DNA of 60,766 nucleotides, counting the filler, from Catajapyx aquilonaris (Eukaryota), in the NCBI GenBank assembly GCA_000934665.2. It is 3 parts of 3 records of this genome, joined end to end, with 100 filler letters (N's around TTAATTAATTAA, not from the genome) between each part and the next. Parts side by side here need not be neighbours in the genome. Positions count along the whole stretch, not along the records: positions 20,279 to 40,451 come from JYFJ02006320.1; 2 more parts are not named here. One strand, given 5' to 3'. Position numbers and translations under genes: made by a program. Under the pieces are notes generated by a model. The model did no database searches. It had not been told where the DNA came from and worked only from the letters and a program-made list of their open reading frames with translations. Shown here in pieces: positions 26,341-38,849 of this stretch. Numbering within the stretch: position 1 is the first letter of the stretch; each line of letters starts with the position of its first letter.

Positions 26341-26545
26341 TCACAAGAATCTCGTTCTTCGTTTCGATCCAAGCATTGATGGGCCATCCTGGGATGTCTT
26401 CAAAGCAGCTATGTAATGGGAAGCCTCATCAAGGAATTGGAAAGTCTTGTTCACATTGTTATTGTTGATGGCTGCTTTCCACCTTCCCGCTGTGCAATTC
26501 TTTGAGTTTAAGATGTCAAAGAGCCTAAAATAAACACCTATCATG
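26341..26545 (-). mobile_element. Second P-type transposase fragment
   Basis: RLFDILNS...WKAAI motif. Confidence 0.55.
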
Positions 26546-26689
26546 AGACTTACTCGCACAAAATGAAATATTTCTTAATTTGATTTAAAAAATATATATA
26601 ATTACTAATGCTGCACAACAGTTTAGTGTTCCATTATGTCATATAATGAACTTCATTTAGTGTTGCATAATTCTTGCATGGCAAAAGAT

Positions 26690-27150
26690 AACGTGGGGTT
26701 TTCCAGCTTCTTCGCAGTTCAGTTTGCCCACAACCACACTGGCGATGTACCTTCCGCAGGCATCGGTTGCTTCGTCTATGCTTATCCAAATTGACTTTTC
26801 TCCAATGTGTTCCCTTATCTCCCGGATAGTTTTCTCGTGCAGTTGAGGCAGGTAGTTTTTTTCTTAGGGTTGACTCGTCTGGCACCTTTCAATTGCTAAA
26901 GTCTTCCAGAAATCCTTTGAAGACTGGGTTCGACACAGCCGCAACGGGAATGCTGGCGGCTGCTAGCGCCTCACACAATCGGAAGTTGAAGCTGTCAGCA
27001 GTTGATGTGGGCTGATCTGTCGAACCTGTGAGGCTGACAGTGAGAAAGGTCTGCCTCTTCTCCTTTGCTTCCTTGCTTGACACATTCTGCACATGAACTG
27101 CAGATTTACGGTGCTGCACAATATACGACTTCTGGGCTGCATTCACCTGA
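26690..27150 (-). mobile_element. hAT/CGGBP1-like transposase fragment
   Basis: FNFRLCEALAAASIP..V.NPVFKGFLE, PDESTLRKK, WISIDEATDACGRYIASVVVG across a stop and frameshift. Confidence 0.65.
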
Positions 27151-28992
27151 AACACAAAATTACCGGGCTTAAAAGACGTGCTGCTGACTTTTCATTGAAA
27201 AATTTACAAATGGAGAGGGATGATTGGATATCCTGTGTAAAGTCGGACGGAGAAGTGCCAATAAAATCTTGGCCACGTGGTTGACAGTGACTCGTCGAAT
27301 CAAACCAGCAATATTCAACCGGCAAGATGGGTTGTTACGGCAATGCAGTAGTCGTTGACACTCGGATAGCTAGATTTGCTGGATTTTAGGGACAGTTGTA
27401 GCACCTGTTCTGATACGGCAAGAGCTCACCTGCCGCTTAAGCGCGGGTGGTAAAACCCGCCTTTAGACATGATCAAAAAGTGCACGTTTTCTGTACCAGG
27501 GTCCAGTAAGTTACATTCTTTTTACGTATGTATAGATCTAACTTTCGCAAATGAATTGATTCAAAATAGTTTTCAAAATGTCTTAGCTGCTTTTGGCATG
27601 CCTGACCTTTATTGTCTGTCAAAGTCTGTCAAAGAGACCCTTTCCGGGCTAGGCTCGTGGCGGGCCTCCACCTCCGCACACGCCTCCTCAATCAGCTGCC
27701 TAGCACTCACCCGCTCACCCTCCTGCCTAATTCCCCGGACCTTCTTCCGACTTCGACGTCCAACCTGCACCCGATCAGGTGCCTGAGCCGCCCTTTGTTC
27801 ATGGAGGGGCTGCAGCATGGTTCGAGATCTAGGCCACGTCCCGGTGCTCACATCTCTCTGGGACTGCCTGGAGTCATCCCTCTTCTCCTTCCGCCCTGGT
27901 CGAGGACCTCTAGGTCCCCTTGGAGGACGGTCGTCAGGCGGAGGAGGTGGACCAGAACCTCCGTTCCGGGGAGGTCCGCGGGAGCCCCAAGGGCGACCCT
28001 CTCCACCCCGAGGCCCCTTCGAAGCATTGAGCGCCTCCATTTGCCCCAACACCAGTCGCTTGGGGAAGCGGCATTTGGCCGGAATCCCCGGGTCATAGCC
28101 TCTTTGATTCCGGACATAGCGGTCCGCCGCCTCTCTTCGGTATCGTTCCATTTCGTCCCGTACTCTGACCTGCCCCTCCCTGGGGAGGCCGGCGACGAGC
28201 TTCATCCTCTGCTTCATAGTTCGCTCCAGCAGTCCCCTCCGCTGCTTGTAGAGCAAGGTGGTCATTTCCACGCTAGCAACACGTACAAACGCATCTAGCT
28301 CGTTCCAGTCCTCCCCAGAGAGGAGGTCCATGTTGGGGACATAGTGTTGGGGGTGGAGGTGTAAGGTATGGAGCGGGTCCCCCGCCATCAAACTGCGGAT
28401 CTCATCATCGAGGACAGTCCTCAAGCAAATCTCCCGTTTGAAGAGAGTCATGAGACCCCGCACCACCAGGATTTCGAGGCGGAGGCCCTGTACACCCCTT
28501 CAAGGGGTTAGGGGTGAGCGGCCTCCAACCTTGCATCAGCTCGGCAGTGGCCGGCAGAAGAGGAACAAACTCGTGCGTATCAAGGAACACACACACGGGC
28601 CATATGTCTGGCCTGATGACCCGGCGGGGGCCCCCTCATGGCACCCTGCCAAAAGTCCGGATAAAGGTTTTGCATATTGCGTGTGGGAGCCGTGGGCAGG
28701 GCCAGTGCCTTCGACGCAATTAGGTTAGGTTTTCTGTCAATCTAGTCGGGTACTGCCAAGGCCTGGCTCTCAAAGAATGGTCCAGACAGTTGGACGGATG
28801 CCTGACGCTCTGGGTACACACCCGGCGAGGCAGCACCGGATCGGCCACTCAACCGACCCGGGCTTACGGCTGAAAATGACTTTTTCCGGAGAAGAATGCG
28901 CCTTAAGCCAAATATTGCGAGAAAAAAGTTTTTTGGTAAACACTTACTAGTACACACGAACCATTTTATCTGAATATACTTTGTTTTTTAGG

Positions 28993-29125
28993 CCTTCTCC
29001 ACAGTTTGATGATTTTACGGTGGAGGAAGGGTTTTACTTTCTCCCCAGTTTGGTTGATATTACGGAGGAGGAAAGGGATTGTTTGGCTTCGTCCCCAGTT
29101 TGGTGATTGTACGGGGGAGGAAGGG
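28993..29125. repeat. Three imperfect ~45-bp tandem units, each a stem-loop
   Basis: cttctcc.cagtttg.tgat.ttacgg.ggaggaaggg repeated three times. Confidence 0.7.
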
Positions 29126-29203
29126 AAAGGGAAGGCTATAAAAACATATACACACTAACAGTTAAAATACACTTTTGCCACACAAATTAGGAATACTCCG
29201 GTA

Positions 29204-29240
29204 CCCGACCGGTTTCGCTTGGTGAGAAAGCTCGTCAGGG
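29204..29240 (-). ncRNA. Minimal type I hammerhead ribozyme
   Basis: Minus strand: CC-CUGACGA-GCUU(UCUCACC)AAGC-GAAA-CCGG-UC-GGG. Confidence 0.8.
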
Positions 29241-29749
29241 AGCGTGGTGTGCTTCGTGCGGGCTTCAAAAAATACAACAAAACCTCAAAAAAACTTAATC
29301 TAACATAGGAATACCAGTGGCCGTGTAGAGCTGCCCGGCCGAAGCCTCAATAACCGCTCACACTGCCTGAAGGGCGGCCTACCTCCTCGTGTCCGGATAC
29401 CAGGACGAGTCCTCAAAAACCTCCGGACACCGCCAGAAGGGCCATCTAAATATATAGGTTGTGAATCTCAGGTGGAATGGGGACCTCGAGCCGCACAGTG
29501 CAATGCGTCCAAGGAGCCGGCTGCCTCTACAAGGCGCTGCTTGAGAGCAGAAATTATTCCGCTCTGATCCATAGGAAAAGAAGGCATGGACATATAGGTG
29601 GATAAATGCAATTTCAGCAAATGTTTTAGTAGCAGCATATTTCTTCGTGTTATCGGTCATTTTTTAAATTGCTGGTAAAAGCACTTCTGGATTTCCTTTT
29701 AGTGCATCTCTCAACCGTTGAGCATGGGCCTGTATTAACAGTATACCTT

Positions 29750-31380
29750 CATCAATCTTCGCTTGAGAGGAAGAAGAGTCCAGGTTGGGATCACGACAAT
29801 TGGTGGATACCTCATCAATGGAACTCTTGATCTACATGGATCGGTAGTCCTGCCTGTTCCTTCAGTGCAGTTTGGCTCTGCAGAAAGTGGAAGCAAAAAT
29901 CCTGGAGGAGGATCTTTGCTGTAGCCAGGCGAAACATTAATGTTTTGCTTGCTTCTCCCCCACAGATATGGACACTGTCAAAATCAGTTTTTAGGGCCAC
30001 TGCAGATATATGCTTGCACAATTTTCCATTCATGCCAATTGGACAGGTGCACATGAAGGCTTGACCTCATAGGTTACACCTGGCTCCTTGCAGCTGGGAA
30101 CAACATACCCCACTCACCGAAGTTTCTGTGATGCTGTCCATATTCACGTCACTTTCGATGTGTGTGAACTTTCTTGTTAAGTTCCGGGACATCCCTGAGT
30201 TTGCATATATGACATTAGTCTCACTTGAATGTATCTGTCATATCTTGTGACAATATAGTCTGTGAGCTGGGTGATGTTATATGGTTGCACGCGGTCCAGG
30301 ATGACGTGAAAGGCAGCTTCCACATAGTTCGTTGTATTGTTGCCCCTTGTAGTCAATCCTGCCCTGAAGCAAGTTGCCCAGCTCACCCGACTCAACCAAA
30401 CACCTTCAATGTACTGCCGGAAATTTGGGTATGTTTTGCACAGATCACTGTCTACCAGGGTTCTATACATAACTTGACAATCACTCTCTGTGCGAGCATC
30501 GATAACAGCTTTAAACATGTAATAGAGTCCCTGCCTGTCACTAGCCCCGATGTGATGTTTCGTTGTGTTCGTTATCCAGCTCCACACTGCCTTCTTCATG
30601 TGAAACTGGCATAGCAAAAGACTACTTGTGGGAAATAAACGTGCCAGGGGCATCCGCTCCTTCATGTCATTATCTGTCATAATGATTGCAGGGCTTCCCT
30701 GTCCAAAAAAAAGGCCTTCTCAGGGAAGCATCTCTCTGTAAGTATATACAATGCTTCTTCAAAGACTGACTCCTTCTCACAGTCAGTGATGGCCCCAAGG
30801 GGTAGGCCACCTGCTGGAGTTGATGTTATGAGCAAGTACAGCCTGTGCCGGTGTCTATCCATTCCCCCTGATGCATCAGTGTACATTATCTCGTAACTAT
30901 GTATGGCTTGTTCATGTATCCTGGCCATCAGAGATGTACATAAGCAAACGATTGTGTGCCCATCTTTAGTAGTTTCCACTGCATACCCCTTCATTAGTGC
31001 CATGGGTTTCCAGAAATGTGTTCAGCTCACTAATCACGCCATCTCCTGATCTTGTTCCGTATTGAGAGTGAAACACTTCGTAAAATAGTGATAGACAGTG
31101 CTCTTTGTAGGTAGATACCTCTTGTCACCCTGAATCGTATACCAATCAGGATGGTCCAGGTACAAGTCTGTTTCCAGGCAGTGGAGGGCTGAAGATGGGG
31201 AATGACCCATGCGGAACAGGTCTTCTAACTTTCATCTCTAAGCCTCAGGGCTGCAGCGCTGTCCTGGCGATGGTTGTGGGTGTTGTTCAGTGTGACTACA
31301 CATGGCCAATCCGGGAGGAGTGGATCAGAGGGCTGCTTCTGCTTGGTCCGCGGCTTGACATCAGTTCTGGCAATAAATTA
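29750..31380 (-). mobile_element. Degenerate MULE (Mutator) transposase with SWIM zinc finger
   Basis: YTDASGGMDR, PAGGLPLG, IMTDND, LLCQFH, TRGNNTTNYVEA, CTCPIGMNGKLCKH; several frameshifts. Confidence 0.85.
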
Positions 31381-32387
31381 TGAATGTTTGTTGTTAAACA
31401 AATGAGTAATATAATAATAGTATAGTATAAGTAATAACAGTTAATTTTTTTACAAATATTGGCTACCATTGAATAGGATCATTATTTTCTATCCTAAATT
31501 GCATAGATTCACAAATTTATACCATTCAGCTTTATTGAAAATAATTGATTTGTGGGTAGTTTAATTTATTGACATTTCAAGCTGTTGGCGCAGTCGCACA
31601 ATGGCGTCAATATGGCCATTAGATATCACTGTCGTTCATATCATGCTGGTATGCCTGAATAGGGCTTCTCCAGTGTTCCAGACTTCCGCATCTAGTTCAT
31701 GCAGGTGCGGGATAACTTGTCCCGAATGAGGCGTAGCACAATATAACGGTTGTAGTGCTGCCAAACTTCTTTCCATGTCCTCTGTGCGATTGCCATAAGG
31801 TAAATATTTCTCATACAGGAACATCAATCGTTCCGCTGGGGTTGCACCCTTGATCTGGATTGGTCGCGCATGGGTGACTGGCTTAGTAAGGTCTTGATAT
31901 GGGCGTAATAAATCCACAAAAGGCACGTCATATTTCACAAGTACATGGTCTGGCCTAAACCATGATTTGTCCTTATCACAGAACTGACGTTGTAGGGATG
32001 TAGCACCCTCCTCTCCAATAGGTTCATGTTCTGTATTGTCTGTATGCTGGTTGTGGCGGCAAGCCAGAAGTAGGAGCTTCCGGCATAACTGGAGGTTGGC
32101 CATGATCTTTTCCAACAGGAAGTTCAATTGCCGGACATTCTGTCTCACCCTGGATGTCCATATTGGACGTAAGGTTTGTTGAAATAACCCAGGGCACGGC
32201 AATTTTTTCAGTAGTTTATATTAAATGCTTCTCATTATGTCCCTTACATCAATGCTGCGCCTGACAGCTGTGGGTGTTGGTTGGTTAGGTTAGCTGCAAA
32301 AATAATGACGGGGTGCGTCAGAGGGCCAATCACACGAAGTAAGGTAGGTCAGACATTTCTATTCCGGGTCATGTGCATACAGAGCCA

Positions 32388-32429
32388 GCACCTGACATGT
32401 TTCGCCTTTATAGGCTCGTCAGAGATGCC
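32388..32429 (-). ncRNA. Minimal type I hammerhead ribozyme
   Basis: Minus strand: GCAUCU-CUGACGA-GCCU(AUAA)AGGC-GAAA-CAUG-UC-AGGUGC; 6-bp stem I. Confidence 0.82.
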
Positions 32430-32431
32430 AT

Positions 32432-32891
32432 TGTGACCTGGCTGTGGTATAGGTTGAGCGCATAAACGACAAGGGTCCTCACTGACTCTGATTTATTCCA
32501 CGTAAGATCAATATCGAGACACCACAGGATAGGATGGAAGTACTTGATTATGGGAGGGAAGGAGTAAGGACAAGGTCCAATCACCGACGGAGCTAGTCGG
32601 CAAAAGGCCTCGTTACAATAGTGGTCATGACTTATATAGGTTTGGTTTGCACAGGCCTGATGGGAAGGGATGAATAGGCTCGAGGCACGTCATACATACA
32701 ATGATACATGGTAATGAGAAAGGCACAAGGTTGTATGCCCGTGCAGTCATAATATATAAAATGGGTACAATAAAGACGAGTTCGAGGTGAAATACAGCAA
32801 CTGGGGAAGGTTATCCCAGCGACGGCAGGTGAGAACGGTACAAGTGTCTGTCGGTAACCGTGTCAATGCGCCTCCGTCAAATACGGTCACA
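32432..32891 (-). mobile_element. LTR-like sequence (TGTGACC...GGTCACA) without a clear TSD
   Basis: Terminal inverted 7-mers, TATATAA and AATAAA on minus strand; start resembles the LTR at 46297. Confidence 0.55.
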
Positions 32892-33039
32892 CTGGCCTCA
32901 ACTGCCACTTGCCCAGCTGGATAATTGAAAAGACGAATGAGCCATGTCCATAGGAAATAACGAAAGAATACCACAAAGAATGAGGTTAATAAAACATTAA
33001 ATTTCCCACTGTGATCATGCATTACCCTTGAGCTGGGTT

Positions 33040-33640
33040 GCGGAATCCTCCCTTTCATCCAAGTCTTCTGCAGTGTCATCTTCCAATGTCAGCTGACTAT
33101 CTATAGGCGGGGGTCGCAGCAGCTGGCGACTTGGCTTCAATATTCAGTCCATCGCTTGATCTTTTGAGTTGGTTCATCCTCAGGCAGTTCATCATCAGAC
33201 GATGCAGCAGACATGTACTTGGAGTTTGAGAATCGCTTCCTTCTTATATGCTTCAGGTTCCGGGTTTCTGCGTCACTCGTTTCTACCTCGCTCGTGAGCA
33301 GAGATGCGTCAGCTTGTGTTATAGCCTTGACCAGATCATCTAAAAGTACATGTTCGAGAGTGGTAGGCATAAATAGAGTTATTGTGAGACTGTTACTACA
33401 GTTGTTTTACTTACCCGACTCATATAGTATCCGTCGGACACTATACATAACTTGCAGGTTTTTTCATTGGGCACAACCCCATCCAATAGTGCCTTATTCA
33501 GGTCCTTTGACAATTTACATGGTGGCCAAAATGTCTCTTTCTTTAGTGGTGTTGGCCCCACTCTGTGGATTGCTGAGACACTGTACGTACCATGACTGTC
33601 TTTATCCTGAAACTCTGCCACTTTGAACATTTCCAGAACT
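33040..33640 (-). mobile_element. CACTA/EnSpm-type accessory ORF fragment
   Basis: FKVAEF....WPP.....P motif followed by an acidic/basic tract; frameshifted. Confidence 0.45.
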
Positions 33641-33699
33641 GCTAAAAAAGAGAAAGAAATTAACACATATGTCTAATGATTACAGCTGGGTTATGGCAA

Positions 33700-34436
33700 C
33701 CTGAGAACATGTCGGTCACATGGGTAGATCCCTGTGCGGGCAAAACCATTAATTGCGATGGAAGCAGTCTGCACTTGCATATAGGCATTTCGGAATAGTT
33801 CCGCAATGTCATAAATATATTGTCACTTTCCTGCCTGTCTCCCTGCTGAACAGCCGCGCCTGCTCACTGTAATAGGTCTTAAAAGCCCCCATGAAACCTT
33901 TGTCTAGTGGTTGCATCTTGTGAGTGCTGTGTGGTGGCAAGGAAATTATCGTCACAAAGTTTTTTCTTGACAGTTCAATGACCTCTGTGTCTTGTATAGG
34001 TGATGTGTCCATCTAGCACCAGTAGCACAGGATCTTCCTCACTTGGTTTCACTTTGCTCAGAAAGTGATTAAACCACATCGTTAAAATCGGCAACTGGAT
34101 CCACCCAGATGGGTGGTAAGCCGCAATGGATCCAGCTGGAGCATGCTTCATGAGGAATGCATTTTCTTTTTTGCGTGGAAAAACAAGAAGTGGTGGCACA
34201 AATAATGGTGACCAGCGAACCTCTTTCAGCCGATGTCATTACTCCCACTTGACGCTTACCTCTAGTAGCAAGGACTTTCGGCAGTTTACTTTGTACAATG
34301 GATAAACCGGTCTCGTCGACATTGAAGATGCGATCTGGTTGGAAGTTATGCATTTCAAGGGCCTCTTCAAGGAGGTCGAAGAAGCGTGCCACATTTTCCC
34401 TGGTGAAAGCCTTCACTCGTGCAAATGAGGTGCCTG
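33700..34436 (-). mobile_element. pogo/Tigger (DDE_1) transposase fragment
   Basis: IFNVDETG, AERGSLVT, PPLLVFPRK, PSGWI, LLVLDGH, LPPHSTHKMQPLD; frameshifted. Confidence 0.88.
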
Positions 34437-35449
34437 TGAAATAAATTTGTTTTAGATGGTACATAGGGGGATTCTGAGTCACTTAAATCTTTAGATCCTC
34501 AACTCTCTGGAAAGGAATTCGTGCAACAAGATTACTTGTGACAGTACTACAAACTGTAACATTACAGCTTGTACCATTAAAAGAGAGTGTTTCTGTGTCT
34601 CAATTTGTTTCTCCTGAACTGGTTCCTTGACATTGTGCATCATCTGGAGGGACGGTTTTCTGTCCGTCTGTAATGCATAACAGCAAGTAGAGCAACAATT
34701 TTTCAATGTGAATCTGAGGCGTGCAAGCGAACTTTATCATGTACCTTCACCAGTTGGGGATTCAGAATCCGTGTCCCCTGGTGGATCTCTCACATTGATT
34801 TGTTGTGAAACGGCCAGAACTGGTGGGGCTGCTTCATGGAAAAGCATTATGTTATAAATATAAACAGCAGACAACGTCAAATTATACGAAAATTACCTTC
34901 ATAATTGAGTCTACCTTCCTGTCGTGTAGCAATCAACGTCCTGGCCATTGTCACCAGCATCTTGCCTCGAGACATTCTTTGACCTGCACAGGCAGTTTAT
35001 GCCAAGACATGAACATTATTAGAGCCAATACTTACTCCTTAACTATGCCACTGTTGAAAACCATGCCTTGCAAAACCTCTTACATGATGATGTTCAAAGG
35101 CATATGTTATGGCAAAACCTCGTATAATGAATCAGCACATTTCGTTGCAACATGCTTTCGGTGCTGTTGTCACATGTAACAAAGTGTCACCATCACGAAC
35201 CAACGGGGAACTATGTCCCACTTGTGTGCCAGTAACTGCGGCACTAATTACGCCTTAGGTGTAGGGTATTGAAGCCCACTTCGGAAGTGGCCACCTTTGA
35301 TTGCTGCTAATATTTCCCGGATGTTTGAGGCGAGCTTTTGTCACATACCCAGATGGCGCGCTTTGGGTTGTCTAGGGAATATGAGGTTTTCCCAGCAGAT
35401 GGGGCTTGTATTGACTACTACAAAACCATGGAAAACTGGAAATCGGTCA

Positions 35450-36632
35450 AAGTGCGAGATACGAGGCCTTGGATTGCCAGCGACGACATGTTTCAGTAGA
35501 GCAGTATAAAAGTCCTTGTCAACCTGGGGCATGTACTTGTACATTCCCTCCAAATGCTTCTTTTTTTCCATCAAGTTTGACAATAACGTTTTGTTTTTTT
35601 AGGTTTAAGCATCCCAACATCGAATGAACCTTGCAGCTTCTTGGAACGAATATTCCTCTGTGCCAACACACTGACTTGAGTGTAGGAGTAATGCGCAAAG
35701 GATTCCTTATATCCTACCTGAAATGGCTTTTGACGTTCGTAACACAAGCTCTTCACTTTTGTATACGGAACCTTGTTGTATGCGAATTTTTTGCCACCGC
35801 TTGGTAGTTAAAGATAGCCCCTTTTTTGCATGTGAATGACATGGCAGAGGTCTCTTTCTGTTCACACCCTTCAGCAAACGGCTGAAACCTATGGGACTGT
35901 AAACCTCTGTCACTCGCATGGATTTCTCTATTTGAGAGTCTGCATTGTCCACCTCTTGAATTAGAGAGTGGCCAGGCTCACAAAATTTTTGGATGATCAC
36001 CTGGATTTGTTCGTGGTCAATCATGAACTGTTTCATAGCTACTGTAAAATGGGAGTTTCGGTTTTGTGCTACACGTGAATCTGACCACAAGACAATCTTT
36101 TGCACTCCAGGGTGGGCAGTTACAATGGCATGCAAAATCGTCGACATTGCACTGACCAGATCATTTGCCGACCTGCCGCATTCAGCCTCATTCCATACGG
36201 CACAGTAGATTACCTTATTTAGAGAACAATGTGCTGTCATGTTATACACATTGAACTCATAGAAGAAATTGCTTACATTAGCAATGGGCACAGCTATCAC
36301 ATTTTGCATATCTAAACACACATGAGCTACAGTGGCATCTCTCAATTCCCTATCCTGCCTCGATGTTTCCTTTTCTCATGTGCTTATCGTACACCCTTTT
36401 CTGTTTGTCAGACAACACCTTTACATTGCGAATCTCTTCACATAAGTCACACCTATCTTTTTTTGGTTTGTGAGAGTCCACATTGAACTCGCGGTTGAAA
36501 ATTGACCTGTACTTACTTTCCTTGACTTTCGGCTCGTTTCTTTCATCACATTGCTCACAATACATTTCATATAACTTGGACGTGTTCAGACTCCCATCGA
36601 TGTATTGTTTCCTCGTTCTCTGCCTACAATAA
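35450..36632 (-). mobile_element. Sola-like transposase fragment
   Basis: YCRQRT..YIDG, PKKDRCDLC, DMQNV...P, WNEAECGRSAND, LWSD....QNRN, GHSLIQEVD; several frameshifts. Confidence 0.7.
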
Positions 36633-37130
36633 TTTTTATTATTATTATTATTTTCAGTACCCCGGAGGGCTTACAGGCCTTTGGGGGGAGACGTAGACCA
36701 GCAGACTACATACGTTTACAGTTTGAAAGACACTAATCAATAAAGTTTATGCGTTTACATACATTAATCAAAAAATGTTGCAAATTATAAAAGTTTGTAC
36801 CGGAAATGTTATTTACCATCACAAGTAAGTTCAGATTTGGCGCCGGTGGAAAGGAATACAGAAAAGATGTTCTTGGAGTAATAAAAAAGGACAATCGTAT
36901 AGTATGTGTATTAAATCAAAGGCCACTTGCTGGTTGCAATAGGTACAGTTCTGCTCGGGTGTGAGGGCAATATAAGAGGAGCCAATCCTGATGTAGATAG
37001 ATGCATTTTTGATGTTTATAAGAGTCCGTTTGATAGGTAGCGGGAGTTGAGGGTCTAAATAATTAGTATTATTACCCTCATTAATAAATATGCATAAAAA
37101 TGCATCTGAATGACTGTCCTTGAATACAAC
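36633..37130 (-). mobile_element. 5'-truncated LINE 3' end with (TAA)n tail abutting the Sola fragment
   Basis: C-terminal CTYC....DLIHILYDC zinc motif, followed by a 3' UTR and taataataa tail. Confidence 0.6.
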
Positions 37131-37637
37131 CATTTCACTGCACAACCCTCAAATTTAGCATTAGCAATACACACCACTCAATCCGTTGTCACTTATGACA
37201 TCGCTCTCTCCTTCACCGAGTCGAGGAGGTTCATAATCCGGATCATGATCACTGTCGTCACCTGCAGACAAACCGGAAATGTCCTCACCCTCGCTGCTTA
37301 CTCTGTGAAAACCGACAGTTATATTAGCGTAAACTGTACACTTCGTCTTGCAATCACGATCAATTTACTACTAGGCCCACCACAACGCCTGCCATTGCTC
37401 AAAGGTTACTTCTTTACACCTCGCTTTACACACTGCATTTTATATGATAGGTCAGGCATGGTGCGACCTGAAGACGTAAACCAACGTGGGAAGGCCACAC
37501 AGTCTGTACTTACGGAGTCATTTTGGTAGGCCTACTACCAGCCGAAGCGGACGACGACATCCCTGCAACGGTGGGGGCCATCATTATTTCCTTGTACTTG
37601 ATGGGCCGGAAATAGCAAAAACAGTTGGAAAGTGGAG

Positions 37638-38698
37638 TTAGAACAAACTAATTCTCAGGTAGCGATATGGCAGTTGTCCATAAACACGTTCCAAAGACTC
37701 AAAATAAACATGTTCCATGTAATCTATAGTCTGAGTCATTTGTGCTCGAGTAATGTAAGTGGGAGCCACAAAACAGATTCCATGTTGCAGATATTTAAAC
37801 ACATAGCCAGGGATTCGAAATTGTGATTGATTCACAGTGGTGGAGAAATCAGTTCTGTAAAATCTCGTTGGCTGTATTATAATATTACAATCAACAGAGT
37901 CCAAAAATTTAGTTAAACGAAATTTCAATGAATTCAATCTTAAGTGAAGGAATAGTTGTGTCACCCAAACGGGTGTAAGGATACGACAAGGTTCAGCTTA
38001 AGTCCTCTTTTATTGGCGTGTCAAGGTACAAGGGTTAGGAAATGATATCAAGGTAAGGTATAGGGTGGAATGACCAGCGGGTCCCCCATCAAGGAGGAGC
38101 ACCGACTGGCCTCGAGTAGTATAATGCGACAGTATTTATAGCAACGATATAATATGGCATGATGGGTAGATTTATCGAGGCGAGCGGTCAGGATAGCCAA
38201 AGTGTATATCGGTTGATCAAGGACAAAGGATGGACAGGAGGAGAGAGTAAAGTTGGTTCAGGGAAGCATTGAATCGGCGTCAAAAAGGACTTTTGGTCAC
38301 AGTTGCGTAAACTTATTCTGCAACAGTTCCACATCATACTCTTGTGAGGGAAAATTGCTCACGCAGTCCCAATTTACCGATTTTTTTACAAACTTATCAG
38401 AACCAAAAGAACTTGCAAGTGGCGGCCATTGATCTACATGGTGCGCTGGAATATCCATAAATGCCCTATCATGGTAGATTGGACTACCAGAAGCAAACAA
38501 AGTACCGTGGCCATCCTTTTCAAACAACCGAAATATTTCAGCCCATACATGTAGTAAATGTAACCGAAGAATTTGGGTAGCAGGGGGTTCTATCATCCCA
38601 CTAGCTGCTGCCCCATCATATATTCGTCTGATTGCATCATTTCTAGCAGTCAACAATGTATCCCACCTCCCTGCAATATATTGTCTTTTTATTGGCAA
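37638..38698 (-). pseudogene. Unidentified ~237-aa ORF interrupted by a solo LTR
   Basis: ...QNKFTQ|L and TQ|LFLHLRL join in frame when 37959-38301 plus one GTTG copy is removed. Confidence 0.55.
37959..38301 (-). mobile_element. Solo LTR (343 bp) with 4-bp TSD GTTG
   Basis: Minus strand TGTGACC...GGTGACA, internal TATAAATA and AATAAA; GTTG at 37955-37958 and 38302-38305. Confidence 0.85.
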
Positions 38699-38849
38699 GT
38701 TTTGATAAAAACGTCCTACTATTTAAGTCTGCAGATAACCCATCCAAAGAAGGTGAAAAAAATCTTGTAGGAGGCTGAAACGCCATGTCATGTTGAGGTA
38801 TGTCGCTTCGTAATGGAGGGCTCTCTGGGGAGAAGATGTTCTTTCAGCT

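Larger units (their letters stand above)
27609..29240 (-). mobile_element. Probable 5' part of a Penelope-like element: hammerhead, leader and a helical then Arg/Pro-rich ORF (285 aa) with no RT
   Basis: Minimal hammerhead upstream on the same strand; ORF 28466-27609; assignment is by context only. Confidence 0.4.

Noticed and set aside
28993..29125. CRISPR-like array
   Set aside because: Eukaryotic context, only three degenerate units, no unique spacers, no cas genes.
31636..32202. 188-aa ORF with LLLACRHN
   Set aside because: Weak resemblance to a transposase motif only; cannot assign a family.
37960..38015. RT-like 'IRQG..LSPLL' on the plus strand
   Set aside because: It lies inside the solo LTR defined by termini and TSD; coincidental.
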